A DNA stretch of 64,000 bases from Longimicrobiales bacterium. GTDB lineage: Bacteria > Gemmatimonadota > Gemmatimonadetes > Longimicrobiales > Gaopeijiaceae. Position 1 is the first letter of the stretch; each line of letters opens with the position of its first letter. The stretch covers positions 2,030,302 through 2,094,301 of the forward strand of contig OY730414.1 in assembly GCA_963422615.1 (NCBI GenBank). The letters run 5' to 3'. The notes under the pieces are model-generated. The model was not told the DNA's origin. It saw nothing but the letters and a program-made list of their open reading frames with translations, and did no database searches. Below are positions 1 through 7,650 of this stretch, one piece after another. The position numbers and the translations under genes were made by a program.

Positions 1-147
1 CGCACCCATGGTGTCGGTCATGCTCCCTGCGTGCATGCGGGTGAAGACGTCGGGCAGGCGGAGCATTCCCAGCGCCCCCGTCAGGGTGAAAAACGCCCCC
101 GCAAGGAGAAGCACCCACGCCAACACGTCCATGACCGCGCCCGTCAT
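1..147 (-). CDS. mnhG: Mrp/Mnh Na+/H+ antiporter subunit G (5' part; runs off window edge)
   Basis: Manual translation MTGAVMDVLAWVLLLAGAFFTLTGALGMLRLPDVFTRMHAGSMTDTMGA has the MnhG 'G.LR.PD.FTRMHA' motif; ATG overlaps the mnhF stop (ATGA). Confidence 0.9.
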   Translation of the reverse strand, partial: MTGAVMDVLAWVLLLAGAFFTLTGALGMLRLPDVFTRMHAGSMTDTMGA

Positions 148-443
148 TCGGCGTCTGCGGCGTCTGTTGAACCCTCGCCCGGGGCCTCGGCCCCCAGGTC
201 GCCGTATTCGAAGTACTTCAGCACGGCGATGGTGCCGATGAAGTTGATCAGGGTGTAGACAAGGGCTAGGTCAAGGAAGTCGGGGCGGCCGGAGAGGAAG
301 CCCAGGACGGCAATAAGCACCACCGTCATGGTGCCGATGTTGTTCAACGCCAGAACCCGGTCGTACGCCGTCGGGCCCAAGAGGGCCCGGCACATGACCA
401 GGGCCATCGCCACCAACAGGGCCACCGCCACCACCGTGAACAT
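144..443 (-). CDS. mnhF: Mrp/Mnh antiporter subunit F
   Basis: GPTAYDRVLA and FLDLALVY..INFIGT motifs; 3 TM segments; lies between mnhE and mnhG. Confidence 0.9.
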   Translation of the reverse strand: MFTVVAVALLVAMALVMCRALLGPTAYDRVLALNNIGTMTVVLIAVLGFLSGRPDFLDLALVYTLINFIGTIAVLKYFEYGDLGAEAPGEGSTDAADAE

Positions 444-445
444 GG

Positions 446-952
446 TCAGGAGCTCGGTCCCTCCAGAACCGTAACGCGTCGGTTCATCTCGTTCTCTTCG
501 GAGCCGTCAACTTCGCTCCGGGCGATGGCGTGGACTTCGAAATCGTCTCCGTTAATCCCGGTCGTCACCGTACCCGGGGTCAGGGTGATGGAGTTGGCAT
601 AGATGAAGCGGCCCAGATCCGTCTTTTGAGAGGAGCGGAATTGCACCACGGCGGGATCCAGGGAAAGGCGGGGCGACAAGATCATTCGGGCGACCCGGAC
701 GTTGGAACGCAGGATCTGCCACAGAAGCCAGGGAATGTAGGCAAGGGCCCGCCCAGCCAGGTGGAAAGGAACCGACTCGGCGTCCAGGGTTCGCATGCGC
801 ACGGCAACATAAACGGCAAGGGTACATGTCCCTGCCCCGAAGATGAGGAGGAGCCGACTTTCCCAGTGTCCCGATAGCAACAGCCAACCAATGAACAGGA
901 TCACCCAAAGTCCCAGGATTCTGCTCAAAACCGTGGACCTCCTTCCAGGCAC
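446..952 (-). CDS. mnhE: Mrp/Mnh antiporter subunit E
   Basis: ANSITLTPGT motif; N-terminal TM helices; start approximate. Confidence 0.9.
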   Translation of the reverse strand: MPGRRSTVLSRILGLWVILFIGWLLLSGHWESRLLLIFGAGTCTLAVYVAVRMRTLDAESVPFHLAGRALAYIPWLLWQILRSNVRVARMILSPRLSLDPAVVQFRSSQKTDLGRFIYANSITLTPGTVTTGINGDDFEVHAIARSEVDGSEENEMNRRVTVLEGPSS

Positions 953-1009
953 GGATTTTCAGGAGGGTGGCCAAGCGCTGCGTTTGCCCGATACATAATC
1001 GGAGCGAAT

Positions 1010-1543
1010 CTACCAGTTGGACTGGGCCCCGTCCACTATTTCCTGGACAAGGAGCTCAATGGCTTCGTTTCGTCCCACGTCCTCCGTCTCGCTTGCGTCT
1101 AGGTACTGGCCCCGCACGCGAAGCTGGGACTGGTCCCACAGGATGACATTCTCCGCCCGATCCAGAATTTCCACCGAGACGACAAGGACAACCTCCCGCT
1201 GCAGGACCTGGACACTCTCGGTCTGGGCGCCCCGCTGATAGAGAGGAGCCGTCAGTTCGTAGCTGCGAATGGACCCGGAAACCACTGCATCCGCCGACTC
1301 CTCCCCGCCCTGGGTCAAGCCGAGGGAACGCGGAAGCTGGCGGAGAAGGGCCTGATGGACCTCCTGGGTCAGCTCGAACCTGTTCGTTTCGTTCTCAAAG
1401 GGAATGACGGCAAGCGTACGAACGTGTTCGGGGAACCCCGCACCCGCCGAAAAGGAGTAGTTGCACCCGCCCGCGCCCAAAGCGGTGGCGACCACCGAAG
1501 CAGCGGCAACGACGTTCGAAGGACAGAGGAAGCGGAGGGACAA
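1010..1543 (-). CDS. lptE: LptE-family LPS assembly lipoprotein
   Basis: Lipobox-like GGC-NYSF; 'VRTLAVIPFENET', 'ADAVVSGSI', C-terminal SNW typical of non-proteobacterial LptE; TTG start chosen by inspection. Confidence 0.75.
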   Translation of the reverse strand: MSLRFLCPSNVVAAASVVATALGAGGCNYSFSAGAGFPEHVRTLAVIPFENETNRFELTQEVHQALLRQLPRSLGLTQGGEESADAVVSGSIRSYELTAPLYQRGAQTESVQVLQREVVLVVSVEILDRAENVILWDQSQLRVRGQYLDASETEDVGRNEAIELLVQEIVDGAQSNW

Positions 1544-1559
1544 GAACGGGCCGTTTCGC

Positions 1560-2318
1560 CTACGGACCGCTCGGGTCCCAGATATCCGGTGGGAAGACAT
1601 CCACATATTCGAAGGACTCGAGGTTGAGCTTGAGTTCGCGAAAGTCCAGCAGATTACGATAGGTGGCCTGTGCGGGATAGGGCCGTTTGTCCCGGAAAGA
1701 AACGGAAACCCGTTCCACGACCGACCCACCGGCGAGAAACTCCGCCTCTACGACGACCCCGTCACGAATGCGGAAGCGCACCTGATCCCCTTGAGGAAGC
1801 CGGAAGTCGACCTCTGTTTCTCCCCCGTCCTGGCGCCCCCCCAGGAATTGGGCGTTGCCGCCGGGACGAAGTACCCCGAGGACCGCCCACAACAAGGGAG
1901 GCGGCGGGACGAGCTCGGTCGGAACCGCCTGGGGAATCTTCAGATGGTCCTCCACCAGCGCGGCGACGGCAGCCGTCTCCCCGTTGTCCAGGAAGAGGTC
2001 CAGCCGCGCCCGGTAGGGCGGCTCGATGCGGGCGACCCCCTCCCCCGATCCCCGGAAGTCGGGCTCCTGGACACGCCACTCAAAAAGGAGTCGAGCCGGC
2101 TGGAGGAGCCGGGTCTCGTATTCGGCGACCAGGGCGACTTGCCGAATGTCCTCCGGCGACGCCGGGGCCAGGACAGGCCCGGGGGATTCAGGGTCGGAGG
2201 GCTTCGCACATGCCAGTGTCGCCGCTGCGCCGATCCAGGTGACGAGACCGCACCCGGTGAAACGCGCCGCCCTCCTCCCTACCCCCGATTCGGGGCCTCC
2301 CCTAGCTTCTTCGGTCAT
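1560..2318 (-). CDS. Uncharacterised lipoprotein (possible LolA/LolB-like beta fold)
   Basis: Signal peptide ending AATLA-C; beta-rich mature region; co-oriented upstream of lptE. Confidence 0.6.
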   Translation of the reverse strand: MTEEARGGPESGVGRRAARFTGCGLVTWIGAAATLACAKPSDPESPGPVLAPASPEDIRQVALVAEYETRLLQPARLLFEWRVQEPDFRGSGEGVARIEPPYRARLDLFLDNGETAAVAALVEDHLKIPQAVPTELVPPPPLLWAVLGVLRPGGNAQFLGGRQDGGETEVDFRLPQGDQVRFRIRDGVVVEAEFLAGGSVVERVSVSFRDKRPYPAQATYRNLLDFRELKLNLESFEYVDVFPPDIWDPSGP

Positions 2319-3063
2319 GCCTTCCAAACCCGTCTTCCTGGTGTCCGATGTTCACTTGGGTGCCGTCCCATCCGACACCGAAGCAGCCTTTCGGCGCTGG
2401 CTGCGACACGTAAAGAAATCGGGAAGCCGGCTGGTCATCAACGGGGACCTCTTCGATTTCTGGTTCGAGTACGGCAAGGTGGTGCTTAGGGAGCACGTCC
2501 GGGTCCTCGCCCTTCTTGCGGAGCTGGTCGAGTCCGGCCTGCCCGTGCTCATCATGGGGGGCAATCACGACTGGTGGGGCAGCGACTTCCTGACCGAAGA
2601 TCTGGGACTGGATTTCCACCGGAATCCCGTGCGGCTGCGCCTTCAAGGCCGGTCGGTCCTGCTCGCCCACGGGGATGGTCTGGGACGGGGAGACCTGGGG
2701 TACCGAACGCTCCGCATCTTGTTGCGAGGTCGCCCGACGCGCTGGCTCTTCCGCTGGCTGCATCCGGACCTGGGCGCATCCCTTGCCCGACGCGTGTCGA
2801 GAACCCGGCCCGCCCCGGGCGGGCCCGCCGGGGATGGGGAACCTTGCAATAGGCGGGCCGGATTTCTTGCTCGGTGGGCCGCCTCTCGGCTGGAGGCGGA
2901 CCCCTCCCTGGACATGGTCGCCCTGGGCCATTCCCACCAGCCGGTCGTCACCGAGATCGGCCCCGGCCGGTACTACGTCAACTCCGGCGACTGGGTCGTT
3001 CACCGGACCTACGTAACCATCAACGCGTCGGGATTGCCCACGCTCCAGACCTGGGACGGGTAG
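2317..3063 (+). CDS. lpxH: UDP-2,3-diacylglucosamine diphosphatase
   Basis: Calcineurin-like motifs SDVHLG, GDLFDFW, GNHD, HGD, GHSH, NSGDW. Confidence 0.85.
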   Translation: MPSKPVFLVSDVHLGAVPSDTEAAFRRWLRHVKKSGSRLVINGDLFDFWFEYGKVVLREHVRVLALLAELVESGLPVLIMGGNHDWWGSDFLTEDLGLDFHRNPVRLRLQGRSVLLAHGDGLGRGDLGYRTLRILLRGRPTRWLFRWLHPDLGASLARRVSRTRPAPGGPAGDGEPCNRRAGFLARWAASRLEADPSLDMVALGHSHQPVVTEIGPGRYYVNSGDWVVHRTYVTINASGLPTLQTWDG

Positions 3064-3131
3064 GCGGCGGGGCCTGAGCGCCCGGAAGCGCACCGCGATG
3101 CACATCGCCCTTCGGGTCCCCGCGGCCGGGT

Positions 3132-3749
3132 TCACCCTGCCGGGATCCGTATGCCCACCTCGAGGACTCCTCCCGTCGGGTCCCCTTCGACAGTGAGCGG
3201 ATCAGGAAAATCCTGAAGATGAGCCGAAACAAAGGCGTCCAGCCCGGAGACGAGAAGGGTGAAAATCACCACGGCCATCCAGTCTTCCCTTTGCTCTTTC
3301 CTGGCAGAAACGAGCCCACGGGCTAGGGCAACGTCTTCGTGTTCCTCGAGCTGAGCGGCGACCTCTTCCACGTCGGAAACCCCCTGAGCCATGAGCTGCG
3401 CGGTCACCCGACGCTCCCAAAGGTCGGCCTGTCTCCGGGCCGTGCCCAGCCGGCGCACCGTCTTGAAAAGCATCCACCCGGCCATGGATTCCACGCCGAA
3501 GTAGAAGGCTCCCCGGGTCAGGGACCCGGATACCGTGTGTCCCCACCCGGGAATCAGAACGCCCCGCAAGAACGCCCCCGACGGTGAGGAGACCCGGGCT
3601 ACGGAGTCCGGCACCGCCAAAGTATCCCCGATCTCCTGGGCCTCCCCCGGCTGGGCGGCGCCGTTGAGCGCAGCGGCAACCACCAGAAAAAAAACCCCGA
3701 TTCCCCGGGAGCCAGCGCTCGACCTCTTCTGGAACACCCAGTTAAGCAC
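3132..3749 (-). CDS. Membrane/secreted hypothetical protein (DUF5683-like)
   Basis: Signal peptide; 'SPSGAFLRGVLIPGWG' and 'DAFVSAHL.DF' motifs. Confidence 0.6.
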   Translation of the reverse strand: MLNWVFQKRSSAGSRGIGVFFLVVAAALNGAAQPGEAQEIGDTLAVPDSVARVSSPSGAFLRGVLIPGWGHTVSGSLTRGAFYFGVESMAGWMLFKTVRRLGTARRQADLWERRVTAQLMAQGVSDVEEVAAQLEEHEDVALARGLVSARKEQREDWMAVVIFTLLVSGLDAFVSAHLQDFPDPLTVEGDPTGGVLEVGIRIPAG

Positions 3750-3757
3750 GCGCCGGC

Positions 3758-4690
3758 CTAACCACGGGGCGGCACCAGGATGGGAAGGGCCGCGGGAACC
3801 ACCTCGATCCGAAGCTCATCTGCTGGCTCGGCGATCGGCTCTCCGTCCAGCTCGAACCGCAGGGGCGCGTCCCCCCGGCTACGAATCACGATTTCTTCGG
3901 CCGGGAGCATGGTTACAATTTCCGACTCACCGTGGGTCCCCCGAATCACCTTCGGCACCAGCCCAGAGATTTCGCGGAGCTTCATCCCCGGGAAATGGCA
4001 CAGGTCCAACTTTCCGTCCGCCGGCAGCGCAGCGGGATTTATCTTGAATCCGCCGCCGATGGAGGGGCCCACCGTGATCACCGCCAGGGTCGTCCGGCCC
4101 GAAATCGCGACGTCCTCCCGCCCCGCTACCTCGATCTGAATGTCCGGAGGCCGAAACGTCGCCAGAGCATTCAGGAAGGCCGCCAAATATTGCGCCAGGC
4201 CCGGGAGGAAGGAGAACCTGGACCGGCAGCGCAGGACCTCTACGTCCACCCCCACGCCCAGCAGGTTCACGAAAGCCCGCTCCCGGTTGCCCCACCGTAC
4301 CCTGCCCACGTCGAAGCACTCCACGGCGCCTCCCTCCAAGACCGCCACCACCTCTGCCGGGCTCCGCCCCCCGCCAATCATCTGAAAAAAGTCGTTGCCC
4401 GTTCCCGCGGGGAACACCGCGATCCGGGGCATCGGGCCCGCGGGGTCGGCCAGGAGCCCGTTGGCGACTTCGTGGATGGTCCCATCTCCCCCGACGATCA
4501 AGATTCGGCCCGCGCGCCGCGCAACCGCCTCTCGAGCGAGCTGGACCGCGTGCCCGCGCCCTCGGGTGTGGTGGACCTCCCGGGGCACAGAAGCGGCGTC
4601 CAAGGCCGCGAGAAGCCCGGAAACCGCCTTTCTTCGCCGGCCGCCGGACGAACCCGGGTTGACGACGACAAAAACCGAATCCGCGTCCAT
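3758..4690 (-). CDS. Diacylglycerol/lipid kinase family protein (YegS/BmrU-like)
   Basis: NPGSSG, GGDGTIHEVANG, GTGNDF, DGKLD and LDGE motifs. Confidence 0.9.
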   Translation of the reverse strand: MDADSVFVVVNPGSSGGRRRKAVSGLLAALDAASVPREVHHTRGRGHAVQLAREAVARRAGRILIVGGDGTIHEVANGLLADPAGPMPRIAVFPAGTGNDFFQMIGGGRSPAEVVAVLEGGAVECFDVGRVRWGNRERAFVNLLGVGVDVEVLRCRSRFSFLPGLAQYLAAFLNALATFRPPDIQIEVAGREDVAISGRTTLAVITVGPSIGGGFKINPAALPADGKLDLCHFPGMKLREISGLVPKVIRGTHGESEIVTMLPAEEIVIRSRGDAPLRFELDGEPIAEPADELRIEVVPAALPILVPPRG

Positions 4691-4813
4691 GGTCAAACAT
4701 AATCCAAAGGTCAAAGCGGGAGGCACCTGACTTCGGACCCACTCCGACGGGCTGACCCAGACCCGATCTGCCGGCCCCAAGCCCATCTATACAACCTTGG
4801 GGCAGAGCCTGGG

Positions 4814-4910
4814 TGGCGGGAGCGTGTGGGAATCGAACCCACCCACCCGGGTTTTAGCCGGGCGCACTGGTTTTGAAGACCAGACGGAACACCAGTTCCG
4901 ATCCGCCCCC
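4814..4910 (-). tRNA. selC: tRNA-Sec (anticodon UCA)
   Basis: 97 nt: 8-position acceptor (GGGGGCGG/ACGCUCCC), 6-bp D stem CGGAAC-UGGU-GUUCCG, anticodon loop CUUCAAA, long variable arm, T arm GUGGG-UUCGAUU-CCCAC, G discriminator and encoded CCA. Confidence 0.95.
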
Positions 4911-5042
4911 GCAATCCCCCCCTGGGCCTAGCCACAAGCGAGCCGGGATCCCTTGGCCTAGCTGCTAGCTGGCCCGACATGTGAATGGGACAACCCCGTT
5001 CGCATCGGGGATGCGTCCGGCGAGGCCCCGTTCAACCCGCGC

Positions 5043-6428
5043 TCATGCCCGGGGGACATTGTCAGGATCCCGGGCGGAGTGCAACCGTTCTTCCACCCGC
5101 CGGAAGGCGGCGGCCAGCTCCGAGCGCAGCAGGGCGAAGCGCCTTCGGACATCGGGACGCCCCTGAAGACGGAGGAAGAGGGCGGTGTCTTCCCGTACCT
5201 CGTTTGCCATCTCCAGCCAGTGCAGAGCGATGTATCCGCACGCCGGCGCCAGCAGCGCGACGGCCGCAGCCCCAAGGGCACCGGAAACGGCATAGGCGAG
5301 AACAACCCACAGGGCCCAGGCCGCAATCACCCCGAAGAACAGGGCCGTCAGCTTGTAGGTGGCCGTCGTCTCGAATTCGGGCTTGAGCTTCCGGACGACG
5401 AACCCCGGAAGCCAGGCCACCAGAGCCCACAGCGTGCAGCCGGCCAAGGCGAAGGGAAGGCCCAGCATCAGGAGGGTGCCCCGAACGGCGATGTAGCGGG
5501 CAATGGGCATGAGGCCGTACCGAGGGGGAACCTCCCCCTCCCCCGCTCCGATGTAGGCGTGGAGGGCCGCGTACCGCTCGACCTTGCCGACCAGGGCATT
5601 ATGTTCTTCGGGCGACTCCCGACGTATCCACTCCAGCCCCGCTGCGAAGCGTTGCAAGCGCGGAAAGCGAGTCCCCAGCCGGGAGCGGGCCCGCCACGGA
5701 ACCCAACCCGATTCCCGCACGTACAGCTGCTCCGCCAGCTCCACGACGGCCCGGTCGTCAGGGTGCACGAAGTTGAGCGTCTGCGCCTGAACGCCGACTT
5801 CGATCCGCCGGGTGAGCATCCGTACCGCCATTACCGGGTCGTGGTGGTAGGCATGTTCCAGGTCTCCGCAGGAGAACGGAGAACCGAAGCGGACAGCGAC
5901 GGCCGTCCTGGCCCGTTCCTTGCGAGAATAGGTGATCCCGACGGGAACGATGGATAGCCCCAGACGCCAACCGGCCGCTTCCTCCGCCTGCAGGGCAATG
6001 CGTGCTGCGCCGGTTCGCAACTCCACCAAACGGAACTCGGAATGGCTCCGGCCCTCCGGGTAGATCTGGATTGCGCCGCCGCCCAGGAGGACCCGAATCG
6101 CGGATTGAAACATGTCTTCATTGTGGTGCATCGCCTCCTCATCGTCCTGCCGTCGGTACACGGGAATGCCGCCCAGGACTCGGAGAACGCTGCCCAGGAG
6201 GATCTGGTCAAAGAGGGGAGCCCGGGCCAAAGGGCGGGCAACCCGTTCGCTGCACCGGAAGATGAGGAGCGGATCGACGAGGCTGTTCGGGTGGTTCGCC
6301 GTGATGAGAAGCGGGCCGTCGGGCAGCGAAGGTCCGTGGCGATCGACCCGGTAGAACAGCCCGGCGGCCCCGCCGACGATGCGGGTGATAAGCTTCGCAA
6401 TCCGGCCCGGCGATCCGTTCAACGTCAA
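5043..6428 (-). CDS. Glycerol-3-phosphate/lysophospholipid acyltransferase family protein with C-terminal TM helices
   Basis: NHPNSLVDP (HX4D), IYPEGRSH, RTGAAR motifs. Confidence 0.85.
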   Translation of the reverse strand: MTLNGSPGRIAKLITRIVGGAAGLFYRVDRHGPSLPDGPLLITANHPNSLVDPLLIFRCSERVARPLARAPLFDQILLGSVLRVLGGIPVYRRQDDEEAMHHNEDMFQSAIRVLLGGGAIQIYPEGRSHSEFRLVELRTGAARIALQAEEAAGWRLGLSIVPVGITYSRKERARTAVAVRFGSPFSCGDLEHAYHHDPVMAVRMLTRRIEVGVQAQTLNFVHPDDRAVVELAEQLYVRESGWVPWRARSRLGTRFPRLQRFAAGLEWIRRESPEEHNALVGKVERYAALHAYIGAGEGEVPPRYGLMPIARYIAVRGTLLMLGLPFALAGCTLWALVAWLPGFVVRKLKPEFETTATYKLTALFFGVIAAWALWVVLAYAVSGALGAAAVALLAPACGYIALHWLEMANEVREDTALFLRLQGRPDVRRRFALLRSELAAAFRRVEERLHSARDPDNVPRA

Positions 6429-6556
6429 CGACTCCCATTTCTATCGGAACCAAAAGTCCTCTCTTCCGGGACCCGCTCCGAATCGTTCTTCTCACGAGGA
6501 CCCGTTATCTTGGCAGCAGAACCGTACGATCCGCCACTTGCCACTTGTAACGAGAC

Positions 6557-7597
6557 TTGACCTGGGTGATCCCGGACCCCTTGATTCAGAGGCAACCCCC
6601 CGCCGGAAGAGCCCCAGGGAGATCCGGCGATCCCGGTGAGGTCCCCGACATTCTCCGTAATCCTGGAATCCCCCTGGACCTGGGCTGGGTGCGGCGAATC
6701 CGCGTCAACCGCAGCGCGGCGGAACACCGGGCCCGGACGCTGACCAGACGGCGATCCGTCAAGAAGGCGTGGCAAGCCGGGTGGTTGCTTCGGGCCGTCA
6801 CCATGATCGATCTCACCACCTTGGCGGGAGATGACACGCCCGGCCGGGTCCGGCGTCTCTGTGGCAAGGCGAGGCGGCCGCTCCGGGTCGACCTTCTCAA
6901 GGCCATGGGGGTTCCTCTGGAGGAAGTTTCAGCTGCCGCCGTGTGCGTGTACCACGGGATGGTGGAGACGGCGGTCCAGGCCCTGAAGGGCAGCGGAATT
7001 CCCGTCGCCGCCGTTTCCACCGGCTTTCCGGCGGGGTTGTCACCTTTGAGCGTGAAGGTCATGGAAGTCCGCAAGTCCGTCGCAGCGGGGGCCCGAGAGG
7101 TGGACGTGGTGATCACCCGAAGTGCGGTCCTGCGAGGCGACTGGCAGGGGCTGTACGATCAGGTGGCAACCTATCGGGAGGCGTGCGACAGGGCCCACAT
7201 GAAGGTCATTCTGGCAACCGGAGACCTGGGGACGCTGGCAAACGCGGGTAAAGCAGCCACCGTGGCCATGATGGCGGGGGCCGACTTCGTGAAGACCTCG
7301 ACGGGGAAAGAACCCGTCAACGCAACCCTGCCCGTCGGTCTCGTCATGGCTCGGTCGGTTCGCGATTACTACCGGGCTACCGGGAACCGGGTCGGCCTCA
7401 AGGCCGCCGGGGGCCTCCGAACCGCCCGAGATGCACTTTCCTGGCTGGTTCTCGTAAAGGAAGAGCTGGGGAGCGCCTGGATGGACCCCCGCCTCTTCCG
7501 CATCGGGGCCAGTTCCCTTTTGGCCGATGTGGAGCGGCAGCTCGAACACCACGTCACCGGCCGCTACTCGGCTTTTCATCGTCACGCGCTGGGATAG
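6557..7597 (+). CDS. deoC: Deoxyribose-phosphate aldolase (long type)
   Basis: DLTTL.GDDT, AAVCVYH, STGFPAG, KTSTGK, GLKAAGG, RIGASSL; start approximate. Confidence 0.92.
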   Translation: MTWVIPDPLIQRQPPAGRAPGRSGDPGEVPDILRNPGIPLDLGWVRRIRVNRSAAEHRARTLTRRRSVKKAWQAGWLLRAVTMIDLTTLAGDDTPGRVRRLCGKARRPLRVDLLKAMGVPLEEVSAAAVCVYHGMVETAVQALKGSGIPVAAVSTGFPAGLSPLSVKVMEVRKSVAAGAREVDVVITRSAVLRGDWQGLYDQVATYREACDRAHMKVILATGDLGTLANAGKAATVAMMAGADFVKTSTGKEPVNATLPVGLVMARSVRDYYRATGNRVGLKAAGGLRTARDALSWLVLVKEELGSAWMDPRLFRIGASSLLADVERQLEHHVTGRYSAFHRHALG

Positions 7598-7650
7598 ATC
7601 GTCATGATCCACAAGCAACCCCTTACCCGTACACCCGAACCCCCGGGACC

